From assembly GCF_963967315.1 (NCBI RefSeq), contig NZ_OZ017288.1, forward strand, positions 450,001 to 482,000: a stretch of 32,000 nucleotides of DNA, given 5' to 3'. The position numbers and the translations under genes were made by a program. The notes beneath the pieces were generated by a model that searched no databases, had not been told where the DNA came from, and saw only the letters and a list, made by a program, of their open reading frames with translations. This DNA comes from Candidatus Minimicrobia sp. QA0096. GTDB taxonomy: Bacteria > Patescibacteriota > Saccharimonadia > Saccharimonadales > Saccharimonadaceae. Below, one piece after another: positions 1-8,551 of the stretch (positions within the stretch are counted from its first letter, which is position 1; each line of letters opens with the position of its first letter).

Positions 1-484
1 GCAATGAATTTCTCATTGCTTGCGGCAAAATAACCAGCCGCATTGCCTGCCAATTGCTCAAACCCAAAGACCTAGCCGCTTCCATTTGCCCCTTGTCGAT
101 ACTCTGAATTCCGCCACGAATAATCTCGGCGATATATGCACCGCTATTTATCCCGAACGCCACCGCCGCCACAAAAATCTTCGGCATAAATTGGTACGAC
201 CCAAAAACGACGTAATACATAATCAATAACTGAACCAAAAGTGGCGTGCCGCGAATAATATCTACATAAATTTTTCCCAAACTAGCTAGCGGATTAAAGT
301 TCGCGAGTCTACTCGTTTTCATCCTGCCAAATGGTCGTAAATTAGACGTACGCATCAGGGCAACAAGCACACCAATTGCCGACCCTAAAATAAGCGACAA
401 CACAGTCAAAACCAGTGTCACCTCTAATCCATGCCATAAAAATAGCCATCGACCGCCGCCAAAAATCACTTCCCAAAAATTCAC
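1..484 (-). CDS. Polar amino-acid ABC transporter permease (HisMQ/GlnP-type); only the N-terminal ~161 codons, remainder lies beyond the window start
   Basis: Not in the ORF track because it runs off the edge. Minus-strand translation from GTG 484-482 gives VNFWEVIFGGGRWLFLWHGLEVTLVLTVLSLILGSAIGVLVALMRT...IYVDIIRGTPLLVQLLIMYY...GQMEAARSLGLSNWQAMRLVILPQA, an EAA-loop signature. GTGA start/stop overlap with the binding-protein gene upstream. The 20-229(+) track ORF is its antisense shadow. Confidence 0.8.
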   Translation of the reverse strand, partial: MNFWEVIFGGGRWLFLWHGLEVTLVLTVLSLILGSAIGVLVALMRTSNLRPFGRMKTSRLANFNPLASLGKIYVDIIRGTPLLVQLLIMYYVVFGSYQFMPKIFVAAVAFGINSGAYIAEIIRGGIQSIDKGQMEAARSLGLSNWQAMRLVILPQAMRNSL

Positions 485-1272
485 GATTTAGCCTCCTCGC
501 CAAAATATTTGCGGATTAATTTTTCATAACGGCCATCTTTTTTCATCTTGGCAATTTCTTTATTAACCTTTTCTAAGAGGTCTTTATTATCTTTTTTAAT
601 AGCAATCGCATAACTTTCATCGCTGAGCGCGCCCGGTAAGATTTCTAAGTCAGAAAATCCAGCCGAATACTGCTTTGCGGGAGCGTCGTCCAGAATGACC
701 GCTTCAATTTTTCCCGAACTTAATTCCTGCAAAACACTCGGCGCGGTTTGAAACTGCGTGACTGATGCGCCGGTAATCTTAGACGCCAAAGTATCGCCAG
801 TCGTACCCAGCTGCACGCCAATTTTTCGCCCTGGCAATTGATATTTATTGCGAATCGGACTGCCCTTTTTAACAATTATTCTCTGCGACGCCGAATAATA
901 CGGATCTGAAAACAACGCATTTTTTTCTCGCTCAGGCGTCACTGTCATTCCAGCCGCCACCATATCAATTTGACCACTATCCAACGCTGGCAATAACCCG
1001 TCAAACGACATATCTTCGACCTTCAAGTCCTTACCCAAGCTTTTAGCAATTTCCCTTGCCAGATCAACGTCAAAGCCAACCACTTGATTGTTATCAATAT
1101 ATTCAAACGGCTTAAACCCAGCATTTGTGCCCATCACCAGAACATCAGTTTTTGAGCCAATTACGCCATCTCGATGTAAAATATCACCCAACATCAAACA
1201 AATCATCCCCGCAAATAAAACCAGCCCAATCCACCAACTAATTCCGAATATGCGCGTCTTATTCTTGCTCAT
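481..1272 (-). CDS. Amino-acid ABC transporter substrate-binding protein (family 3 SBP) with N-terminal membrane anchor/signal
   Basis: Motifs GTNAGFKPFEY, VGFDVDLAREIAKSLG and DMVAAGMTVTPER, with hydrophobic N-terminus WWIGLVLFAGMICLML. Start moved from the track's 1377 to ATG 1272 (MSKNKTRIF) because a TATAAT box sits exactly 6 nt upstream and the longer form would overrun the divergent promoter. Confidence 0.85.
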   Translation of the reverse strand: MSKNKTRIFGISWWIGLVLFAGMICLMLGDILHRDGVIGSKTDVLVMGTNAGFKPFEYIDNNQVVGFDVDLAREIAKSLGKDLKVEDMSFDGLLPALDSGQIDMVAAGMTVTPEREKNALFSDPYYSASQRIIVKKGSPIRNKYQLPGRKIGVQLGTTGDTLASKITGASVTQFQTAPSVLQELSSGKIEAVILDDAPAKQYSAGFSDLEILPGALSDESYAIAIKKDNKDLLEKVNKEIAKMKKDGRYEKLIRKYFGEEAKS

Positions 1273-1278
1273 GCTTTT

Positions 1279-1284
1279 ATTATA
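1279..1284 (-). promoter_or_regulatory. -10 box TATAAT, 6 nt upstream of ATG 1272 (leaderless geometry)
   Basis: Minus strand reads ggggTATAATaaaagcATGagc. Confidence 0.5.
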
Positions 1285-1309
1285 CCCCTTCATCCTCAAA
1301 AAACGTAAG

Positions 1310-1318
1310 TGATATAAT
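1310..1318 (+). promoter_or_regulatory. Extended -10 TGaTATAAT upstream of the LtaS-family gene
   Basis: Plus strand reads gTGaTATAATagaATGGTG. ATG 1322 is only 3 nt away, while the in-frame GTG 1325 is 6 nt away, matching the N6 geometry seen at other genes. Confidence 0.45.
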
Positions 1319-1321
1319 AGA

Positions 1322-2890
1322 ATGGTGAGAAAAATTAAATTTACCAAACGTTTCTGGATTAAATCAATATCAATCATTTTGCTTTTTTTGGCGGCATTTT
1401 GCTTAATTGCAGCCCACTATAAATATATAGTCTTTAAAGATTCACAAATCGACGAGATAATTTTTTATTTCGTCAACGGATTAGCTGGTGGCAAATCTGA
1501 CAATTTATGGTCGGCCGTCCTGCAAAATCTTCCGCTGGTTTTCCTATTATTCGGCACTTTATTAATCCCAATGTTCGACAAATCGATCTCTTTCATCAAT
1601 CGTATAATCGCCTTTTGCTTGAAAAAAATCAAATCATCACGAAAGCTCACCTTGCCGTTTTTGAGATTACGAAATCAGGCAATTTACTCACTAAGTATGT
1701 TTTTAATTGCGATCATCCTTCTAATTCAAAGTTTCGGCATCCCTAACTATATTTACGCCCTGACCCAATCGACCAAATTATACGAAGAAAATTACGTCAA
1801 TCCAAAAACCGCCAAATTGACTTTCCCAGAGAAAAAGCGCAACTTAATATACATCTATTTAGAATCAATGGAAAACACTTTAGCATCAAAGGCTAATGGC
1901 GGCAGTTCCGAAACCTCCGTTATTCCAGAGCTGGAAGAATTGGCGTTAAAAAATACCTCATTCTCAAACAAAGCATCTGGTGTTGGCGGCGCTTTGCCTG
2001 CAACAAACACTGGCTGGACTGTGGCAGGAATGGCTGCGCAATCCGCTGGTGTCCCGCTGAAAGAAAACTTGGTTGGTGGACGCGACCATAACGCCCTGGG
2101 CGAGTTTAAAAAATTCTTGCCAGGCGCTTATAGTCTTGGTGAGATTTTAGAAAAACAAGGCTATAATCAAACATTTATTATGGGCTCTGAAGCAAGTTTT
2201 GGCGGACGCGATAAATTATTAACTCAGCATGGCAATTTCAATATCGAAGATTACAATTACGCCAAAAAACACGGAAAAATATCCGAAGATTACAAAGTCT
2301 GGTGGGGTTATGAAGATAAAAAATTATTCCAATTTGCCCGCGAAGAAGCCTCGCGCTTGGCGGCGTCAGACAAGCCATTTAACTTGCAATTATTGACTGC
2401 CGACACGCATTTTACCGACGGATATTTGGATGAAACCTGCGCTAAAACCTTCAGCAATCAATACGATAATGTCCACGCTTGTTCTTCAAAACAGGTCGCC
2501 GCATTCGTCAATTGGATTAAATCTCAGCCATTTTATGAAAACACCACGATTATTATTTCTGGAGACCATTTAGGAATGCAAACTTCATACTACGACGAGA
2601 AAATTGGCGGAACTAATTATCAGCGAACCATTTACAACACGTTTATAAATCCAGCCATTTCGACTAGCCATTCAAAGAATCGTCAATTCACGACATTCGA
2701 TATGTATCCGTCAACTTTGGCGGCGCTGGGAGTTAAAATTGATGGCGACCGATTAGGTCTGGGCACAAACTTATTTTCTGGAAAGAAAACCTTGGTCGAA
2801 CAATACGGCGGAATTGAAAACTTAAATTCAGAACTTTCCAAACGTTCCGCTTATTACGAAAATAAGATTTTCACCAAATCTGGCAATTAG
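1322..2890 (+). CDS. LtaS/MdoB-family sulfatase-fold phosphoglycerol (lipoteichoic-acid-type) transferase, polytopic N-terminus plus extracellular catalytic domain
   Basis: 522 aa with several N-terminal TM helices. Catalytic-domain motifs IYIYLESMENT, NTGWTVAGM (nucleophile Thr region), LLTADTHF and IISGDHLGM. The true start may be GTG 1325. Confidence 0.75.
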   Translation: MVRKIKFTKRFWIKSISIILLFLAAFCLIAAHYKYIVFKDSQIDEIIFYFVNGLAGGKSDNLWSAVLQNLPLVFLLFGTLLIPMFDKSISFINRIIAFCLKKIKSSRKLTLPFLRLRNQAIYSLSMFLIAIILLIQSFGIPNYIYALTQSTKLYEENYVNPKTAKLTFPEKKRNLIYIYLESMENTLASKANGGSSETSVIPELEELALKNTSFSNKASGVGGALPATNTGWTVAGMAAQSAGVPLKENLVGGRDHNALGEFKKFLPGAYSLGEILEKQGYNQTFIMGSEASFGGRDKLLTQHGNFNIEDYNYAKKHGKISEDYKVWWGYEDKKLFQFAREEASRLAASDKPFNLQLLTADTHFTDGYLDETCAKTFSNQYDNVHACSSKQVAAFVNWIKSQPFYENTTIIISGDHLGMQTSYYDEKIGGTNYQRTIYNTFINPAISTSHSKNRQFTTFDMYPSTLAALGVKIDGDRLGLGTNLFSGKKTLVEQYGGIENLNSELSKRSAYYENKIFTKSGN

Positions 2891-3900
2891 CCATTGTAGC
2901 CATTTGGATTATTGCTCTGCCAATTCCAAGCGTCGCGGCAAGCATCTTCAATTGTCAATTCCGCTCGCCAACCTAATTCTCTCTCCGCCAAGCCTGGGTC
3001 TGCATAGCACGTCGCAATGTCACCTGCTCGACGTGGCGTAACTTGATACGGAACATCATGACCAGACGCCTTCTCAAATGCCTTCACTAATTCCAAAACC
3101 GAAGTACCACGACCAGTGCCGATATTATAGACTTTATATTCGTTCGGTCGACCTAAATTCTCCAAAGCCGCCACGTGAGCCTTCGCCAAATCAACCACGT
3201 GAATATAATCACGCACGCCAGTTCCATCTGGGGTGTCATAATCGTCACCAAAAACGCTCAAATACTCTCGCTTACCAACAGCAACTTGCGACACAAACGG
3301 CAGGAGATTGTTCGGGATTCCTGAGGGATTTTCCCCGATGCGACCGCTCGGATGCGCGCCAACTGGATTAAAATAGCGGAGAGATGTAAATTGCCAATTT
3401 TGATTTGTCGCAGAAATATCGCGGAGCATTTGCTCAATCATCAACTTTGTTTGGCCATATGGATTTGTGGCAGACAACGGCATATCTTCGGTAACTGGTA
3501 ATTTAGCAGGATCGCCATAAACTGTTGCCGAACTAGAAAACACCAATTTCTTCACGTCAAATTCTTGCATCACATCAAGCAAAACCAACGTGCTTTCAAG
3601 GTTATTTTTATAGTAAAGAAGCGCCTTTTCAACCGACTCGCCAACCGCCTTCAACCCAGCAAAATGAATTACAGCATCAATTTTCTCAGATTTAAACAAT
3701 TCTGATAGTCGCTGATGATCACACAAATCGAATTCGTGAAACGGTATTGATTGACCAGTGATTTCTTCAACTCGCCTCAGACTCTCGACGGATGAATTTG
3801 ATAAGTTATCAACCACCACTACGTTATGATTTGATGAAAATAGTTCGATGATTGTGTGACTGCCGATATATCCAGCGCCACCAGTGACAAGAATATTCAT
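2887..3900 (-). CDS. galE: UDP-glucose 4-epimerase
   Basis: 337 aa. N-terminal Rossmann motif VTGGAGYIGSH, SSSATVYG, catalytic YGQTK (YxxxK) and C-terminal DPGLAERELGW typical of GalE. 4-nt convergent overlap with the LtaS-family gene. Confidence 0.9.
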   Translation of the reverse strand: MNILVTGGAGYIGSHTIIELFSSNHNVVVVDNLSNSSVESLRRVEEITGQSIPFHEFDLCDHQRLSELFKSEKIDAVIHFAGLKAVGESVEKALLYYKNNLESTLVLLDVMQEFDVKKLVFSSSATVYGDPAKLPVTEDMPLSATNPYGQTKLMIEQMLRDISATNQNWQFTSLRYFNPVGAHPSGRIGENPSGIPNNLLPFVSQVAVGKREYLSVFGDDYDTPDGTGVRDYIHVVDLAKAHVAALENLGRPNEYKVYNIGTGRGTSVLELVKAFEKASGHDVPYQVTPRRAGDIATCYADPGLAERELGWRAELTIEDACRDAWNWQSNNPNGYNG

Positions 3901-3906
3901 ACATTT

Positions 3907-3915
3907 AGTGTATCA
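3907..3915 (-). promoter_or_regulatory. Extended -10 TGaTACACT, 6 nt upstream of galE ATG 3900 (leaderless geometry)
   Basis: Minus strand reads tgTGaTACACTaaatgtATGaat. Confidence 0.45.
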
Positions 3916-3935
3916 CAAAATGACTATTTATTTTA

Positions 3936-3962
3936 TTAGCACTCTTGCACTGAGAGTGCTAA
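3936..3962. promoter_or_regulatory. CIRCE operator (HrcA binding site), perfect match
   Basis: TTAGCACTC-ttgcactga-GAGTGCTAA matches the consensus TTAGCACTC-N9-GAGTGCTAA with no mismatch. It lies immediately upstream of the clpB -10 box. Confidence 0.85.
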
Positions 3963-3964
3963 TT

Positions 3965-3973
3965 TGTTATGAT
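3965..3973 (+). promoter_or_regulatory. Extended -10 TGtTATGAT of the clpB promoter
   Basis: Lies 3 nt downstream of CIRCE, about 77 nt upstream of ATG 4050. Confidence 0.5.
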
Positions 3974-4049
3974 AGCTACATCAAATTTCACCATTCTGTC
4001 TTTTACTGGGGCGCAACAAACTAGGACTAAAAACCAAAAGGAGGATTTT

Positions 4050-6197
4050 ATGCCACCAAACATGAATCAAGAAGAAACAACTAAACCACTCGAAAAGTTC
4101 GGTACAGATATAACAGCGTTGGCGCGCGAAGGTAAACTCGATCCAGTGATTGGTCGAGATGAAGAAATTCGACGCACTATGCAGATTCTAAGTCGCCGCA
4201 CTAAAAACAATCCCGTCCTCATCGGTGAGCCAGGAGTTGGCAAAACCGCAATTGTTGAGGCGTTGGCGCAACGAATTGTCAAAGGCAACGTTCCCGCTTC
4301 ACTGAAGGATAAACGACTAATTTCCCTAGAAATTTCCAGTCTTCTGGCGGGCGCTAGTTTCCGCGGACAATTTGAGGATCGACTGAAGGCTGTTCTAAAA
4401 GAAGTAGAAGAAGCGGCTGGTGAGATTATTCTTTTTGTCGATGAGATTCACACCATGGTTGGTGCTGGAAAAAGCGAAGGCAGTATGGACGCGGGCAATA
4501 TGTTAAAGCCAGCGCTGGCTCGCGGAAAATTGCACATGATTGGCGCGACGACACTCGCTGAATATCGTCAGTATGTCGAAAAAGATGCCGCCTTAGAACG
4601 AAGATTCCAGCCAGTTTACGTTGGCGAACCAAGCTTTGACGACACTGTCGCCATTTTGCGCGGATTGAAGGAAAAATACGAAATTCATCACGGAGTAAAA
4701 ATTGCTGATGACGCAATCGTGGCAGCCGCCAGATTATCCACCAGATATTTACCCGACCGATTCTTGCCAGACAAAGCAGTCGACTTGCTTGACGAAGCGA
4801 CCAGCTCACTCAAAATGCAGTTAGAAAGCGTGCCAATTGCGCTGGATCGATTGAATAATAGACGCTTGCAATTGGAAATCGAGGAAGCGGCGTTGAAAAA
4901 GGACAAATCCGACCACGCCAATATTCGCAAAGATGAAATCAAGGAGCAAATTGCCGAGATTCGCGCAAAAGCCGAAGTGATTGATAAAAAATGGCAACAC
5001 GAAAAAGACATTTTGCAAACCGTCAACACGACTACCGAAAAAATGGACAATCTGCGCTCACAATTGGAAATCGCTGAACGCGACGCAGACCTCGCCACCG
5101 CTAGCCGCATTAAATATGGCGATTTACCGGAGCTGGAGAAAAAATTAGCAAGCGCCCGCGAGGAGCTAGCGGCAATTCCAACCCACGACAGATTACTCCG
5201 CGAAGAAGTTACGCCTGATGATATCGCTGGCGTGGTAGCGCGCTGGACCGGAATTCCAGTGGAGCGATTGATGGAAAGCGAATCCAGCAAATTGACCAAA
5301 TTGGAAGAATCGATCAGCCGCCAAGTCATCGGACAAGATCGCGCCGTAGCAGCTGTAGCAAGCGCCATTCGTAGGTCACGCGCTGGACTCGGCGATATCA
5401 ATCGACCGATTGGCTCATTCCTATTCCTCGGCCCTACTGGCGTGGGAAAAACAGAGGTCGCGCGCAGTTTATGTCGTGAATTATTCGACGACGAGCATGC
5501 CATGATTCGAATTGACATGAGTGAATATATGGAACGCCATGCCGTAGCCAGATTGATCGGTTCGCCTCCAGGATATGTCGGCTACGATCAGGGCGGTCAA
5601 TTGACGGAAGCCGTTAGACGACGTCCGTATAGCGTGGTTTTGTTTGACGAAATCGAAAAAGCACACCCCGACGTGTTTAACGTTTTGTTGCAAGTTTTGG
5701 ACGATGGTCGATTGACGGACGGACAAGGACGAACGATTGACTTTAGCAACACCATTATCATCATGACCAGCAACGTCGGATCGCAAATGATTATGGACTA
5801 CACGGGCGACGACATTAGTTCGCTCGACAATCAAATTTTAGAGACGCTTCGTGGTCATTTCCGCCCAGAATTCTTAAACCGAATTGACGACATTGTGATT
5901 TTTGACCGAATCCATCCCGAGTCGATGCGTGCAATTGTTGACGTGCAATTAGAAAAAGTTGTTCGCCAAGTTAAGGATAGTCGTGACATAACGCTGAATT
6001 TTGACAATAGCGTTCGTGATATGTTGGCGCGAGACGGCTACGACCCGAGTTTCGGCGCTCGGCCACTTAAGCGTTTGATTCAAAAACGCGTGCTTGATCC
6101 TTTGGCGCTCGAACTGATCGACGGGCGAATTCACGACGGAGATACAGTAAAAGTTGCTGCCGTGGATGATCGAATTGCCTTTACGAATATCGTATAA
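4050..6197 (+). CDS. clpB: ClpB-type AAA+ disaggregase lacking the Clp_N domain
   Basis: Two Walker A sites ([16 protein letters not shown]), a long coiled-coil M-domain between them, and [37 protein letters not shown] beginning about 10 aa from the start. Start set at ATG 4050, preceded by AAGGAGG (4038-4044). The track's 3969 start has no RBS and overlaps the promoter. Confidence 0.9.
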   Translation: MPPNMNQEETTKPLEKFGTDITALAREGKLDPVIGRDEEIRRTMQILSRRTKNNPVLIGEPGVGKTAIVEALAQRIVKGNVPASLKDKRLISLEISSLLAGASFRGQFEDRLKAVLKEVEEAAGEIILFVDEIHTMVGAGKSEGSMDAGNMLKPALARGKLHMIGATTLAEYRQYVEKDAALERRFQPVYVGEPSFDDTVAILRGLKEKYEIHHGVKIADDAIVAAARLSTRYLPDRFLPDKAVDLLDEATSSLKMQLESVPIALDRLNNRRLQLEIEEAALKKDKSDHANIRKDEIKEQIAEIRAKAEVIDKKWQHEKDILQTVNTTTEKMDNLRSQLEIAERDADLATASRIKYGDLPELEKKLASAREELAAIPTHDRLLREEVTPDDIAGVVARWTGIPVERLMESESSKLTKLEESISRQVIGQDRAVAAVASAIRRSRAGLGDINRPIGSFLFLGPTGVGKTEVARSLCRELFDDEHAMIRIDMSEYMERHAVARLIGSPPGYVGYDQGGQLTEAVRRRPYSVVLFDEIEKAHPDVFNVLLQVLDDGRLTDGQGRTIDFSNTIIIMTSNVGSQMIMDYTGDDISSLDNQILETLRGHFRPEFLNRIDDIVIFDRIHPESMRAIVDVQLEKVVRQVKDSRDITLNFDNSVRDMLARDGYDPSFGARPLKRLIQKRVLDPLALELIDGRIHDGDTVKVAAVDDRIAFTNIV

Positions 6198-6198
6198 T
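6193..6198 (+). promoter_or_regulatory. -10 box TATAAT, 6 nt upstream of ATG 6205 (leaderless geometry); overlaps the clpB stop codon
   Basis: Plus strand reads cgTATAATagatgcATGgat. Confidence 0.45.
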
Positions 6199-6204
6199 AG
6201 ATGC

Positions 6205-6804
6205 ATGGATCAAATTCGCAGCGAGCAGGAATCCGTCAAATCAGCGCTTTTAGGAGTCGGCAGAATGCTTGGTTTGCCGAAATATTTACTAATAACAATT
6301 GTCGCGACCGTCGCCTTCGCCGTGGTAATTTATTTCGCAATCAACGCCAATTTTTACGGACCGCTGATAATGTCGCGCTTACCAATCCTCGATAAAATCA
6401 CGCTGCTCGGTTCGATGATTATAGACATCTTCAAACAAAGTTTCACTTCACCAAATGGCGCGCTACTTATGGTAGTGTCAATTCTTCAAGGTGTATCGAT
6501 CGCCGCTGTAATTTTTACAGCAAAGAATAATCGCGACAATGAAAAAACTGTATCTCGACAAGTCGGATTAAGCGGAATCGCATCAATTGCCGCAACAATT
6601 GGACTCGGCTGCGTTCCCTGCGGAACATCACTAATCTTACCAATTGTAACCCTATTTTTCTCGGGAGCTGCCGCCGCCACCGCCGCAAATATCGCCAGTA
6701 TAATAGTCCTTTTATTGGCTTTACTACTCAGTTTATTCTCGCTATATAAATCAGGTCAAATTATTTTTATGTACACAGAATTATCTAAACAGGAGAAAAT
6801 ATGA
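6205..6804 (+). CDS. Polytopic membrane protein with a single CxxC (CVPC) motif; unknown family
   Basis: About 4 hydrophobic helices. The only two Cys are in GLGCVPCGTSLILPIV (nt 6610-6621). ATGA overlap with the downstream DsbA-like gene. Start at 6205 chosen from the -10-N6-ATG geometry and the end of clpB. Confidence 0.6.
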   Translation: MDQIRSEQESVKSALLGVGRMLGLPKYLLITIVATVAFAVVIYFAINANFYGPLIMSRLPILDKITLLGSMIIDIFKQSFTSPNGALLMVVSILQGVSIAAVIFTAKNNRDNEKTVSRQVGLSGIASIAATIGLGCVPCGTSLILPIVTLFFSGAAAATAANIASIIVLLLALLLSLFSLYKSGQIIFMYTELSKQEKI

Positions 6805-7517
6805 ATCGACAAAAATCATCAGGCATAGCACTTATTTGGGTTCTTTCGGGAATTGTAATCGTGGGAATTGTAGCTTTGTTTATTTATGGAATTGTCAATC
6901 GTCCGCCGAATCGTCACATTGGCGATAATAAACCATGGAATGAAAAAATGTCACAAGGATCCGCTGACGCGAAAAACGTATTCATTGATTATACTGACTA
7001 TTTTTGTTCATTTTGCGCCGAGGTCGAAGCCGCAACCAGCACAGAATTCTTCAAAAATGACTATATTAAATCCGGAAAAGTTCGTTATGAGCATCGCGTA
7101 GTAACACTATTAAAAGAGATGACCAACAATACAGAAACTGGCGCTCACGCTGCGTTTTGTGCTGCTGATCAAGATAAATATTGGCAGTACACCCACGATA
7201 TCGTCCCGCGCATTAAAAGCGATTATTTCGATAAAGGAATCGGCGTAAAAAACGTTGCTGTGCCGAAAAAAATCCCTGCTCTTCCGCTGGAATATTTCCT
7301 AACTTCCGCCAAAAATGTCGGCATGAATGAATCGCAATTTTCCGACTGTATGACTAAAAAACCGCACCAAAAAGAAATTGACAGCAACACACAAAAAGCC
7401 TTGTCGCTTGGCGTGAACGGCTTGCCGTACATGGTCATTAACGACTATCAAACCAGCGGATTCGTCGGCGGCGAAAACGGATTAATAAGCATTCTTAAAG
7501 CTGGCGGCGTTAAATAA
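6801..7517 (+). CDS. Membrane-anchored DsbA-family thiol:disulfide oxidoreductase
   Basis: N-terminal TM helix IALIWVLSGIVIVGIVALFIYGIV. Thioredoxin-fold active site DYTDYFCSFCAE (CxxC) and C-terminal GVNGLPYMVIND (cis-Pro region). Confidence 0.8.
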   Translation: MNRQKSSGIALIWVLSGIVIVGIVALFIYGIVNRPPNRHIGDNKPWNEKMSQGSADAKNVFIDYTDYFCSFCAEVEAATSTEFFKNDYIKSGKVRYEHRVVTLLKEMTNNTETGAHAAFCAADQDKYWQYTHDIVPRIKSDYFDKGIGVKNVAVPKKIPALPLEYFLTSAKNVGMNESQFSDCMTKKPHQKEIDSNTQKALSLGVNGLPYMVINDYQTSGFVGGENGLISILKAGGVK

Positions 7518-7523
7518 TTGTCA

Positions 7524-8135
7524 CTATTTCAGTTGACTCATAAATCCACGCAATTGAGATAAAGTCCGCTCTATTCTTTCATTAGTCCAATATTTATCTG
7601 GCGTGATATTATCGTCGCCAGTTGATTCCTCTTTGTAGCGGCCGATAATCTTGCCGTTCTTGACAATCGATACATCAGGCGCAAATATTCGAGGATTGCC
7701 ATTTTTATCTTTTTCCAAATACGGTTCTAATTTCTTGACCAATTTTTGATAAACTTCGTTGTTGCTAGCGCGAGCATCGCGAATATTCAAATAGTATATT
7801 TTATCAACACTTTCAGCCCGAGCTGCCCGATCAACGTGTTTGCTCAAATGCTGGCACCACGGACATTGCGGAAAGCCCAAGAAAACCACGCCGCTGCCGT
7901 TATCAAAGATATCAAGGATCTCTTTATCGCTGGCATAAACGAAGCGATTATTCGCCGCCACTCGCGGATATTCTGACTTGAATTTGGCGGCGTCGGACAC
8001 GTTAGTAGACGGAGTCTTCGGCTGCTCGGCAGAATGCTGGCGGTTATACCACAGCCCAGCCGCAGCGCCGCACAAGATGATTATGACGGAAATAATCGCA
8101 ATAAGTTTTTTATTCATACCAAACCTCTTTTTCAT
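7524..8135 (-). CDS. Membrane-anchored thioredoxin-like protein (CPWC active site)
   Basis: N-terminal TM LIAIISVIIILCGAAAGLW and VVFLGFPQCPWCQHL. Resembles extracytoplasmic thioredoxin-fold accessory proteins of Gram-positives. Confidence 0.7.
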   Translation of the reverse strand: MKKRFGMNKKLIAIISVIIILCGAAAGLWYNRQHSAEQPKTPSTNVSDAAKFKSEYPRVAANNRFVYASDKEILDIFDNGSGVVFLGFPQCPWCQHLSKHVDRAARAESVDKIYYLNIRDARASNNEVYQKLVKKLEPYLEKDKNGNPRIFAPDVSIVKNGKIIGRYKEESTGDDNITPDKYWTNERIERTLSQLRGFMSQLK

Positions 8136-8272
8136 AACGTCGTATCCTTCTTATAATTTTTCTTAGCTTCCAGCGACAACGATACCGCCGAACCGCGCGA
8201 ATCATTCGTCTTATCCCACTTCCGCGCGCGAATATGACTCATCACTAGCTCTTGCGCTTCTTCAAATGTCAT
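8132..8272 (-). CDS. 46-aa ORF, possible MazG-like N-terminal remnant or small protein
   Basis: Below the track's size cut-off. Sequence MTFEEAQELVMSHIRARKWDKTNDSRGSAVSLSLEAKKNYKKDTTL. Strong SD (aGAAGGGGGAatt) directly upstream of ATG 8272 and an ATGA overlap with the thioredoxin-like gene. Confidence 0.4.
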   Translation of the reverse strand: MTFEEAQELVMSHIRARKWDKTNDSRGSAVSLSLEAKKNYKKDTTL

Positions 8273-8389
8273 AATTCCCCCTTCTGGTGTAGCTTCACTA
8301 TAGCTGGTCTAATTATAATACAGCGTTAGCATCATGAAAAACGGTAAAAATCGAACAAAATATAAAGGCATTTTTCCAAAACATAAAAG

Positions 8390-8405
8390 CTGTTTTCGAA
8401 AACAG
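8390..8405. other. Perfect 16-bp palindrome in a 279-bp non-coding gap
   Basis: CTGTTTTCGAAAACAG. On the minus strand it is followed by cttttatgtttt, so it could be a weak lysK terminator or a protein-binding site. Confidence 0.3.
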
Positions 8406-8551
8406 AAAGAATGTTTTAAGCGACAGATACGACTATTCGATAAAAAGCAAGCGAAAACAGGCAAACTACCGATATATTTTAATAAAACCGCCAGACGATT
8501 AGAGTTTTGCTCCCCATTTCCACCTGAAAAGCTTAATCACTAGACGAGCTT

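Noticed and set aside
3969-4049. Longer clpB start at 3969 given by the ORF track
   Set aside because: The extension overlaps the -10 box, has no RBS and adds no Clp_N-like sequence. ATG 4050 has AAGGAGG at ideal spacing.
4688-5518. 276-aa minus-strand ORF (and 4426-4809, 5481-5834, 5949-6206) inside clpB
   Set aside because: These are antisense shadows of a strongly supported ClpB frame. They are Ser/Arg/Ala-rich with no motifs.
8334-8543. 69-aa plus-strand ORF in the lysK-thioredoxin gap
   Set aside because: It is Lys/Arg-rich low-complexity sequence with no SD and no -10-N6-ATG geometry. It runs antisense to the operon promoter region, so it is probably a chance ORF in AT-rich DNA.
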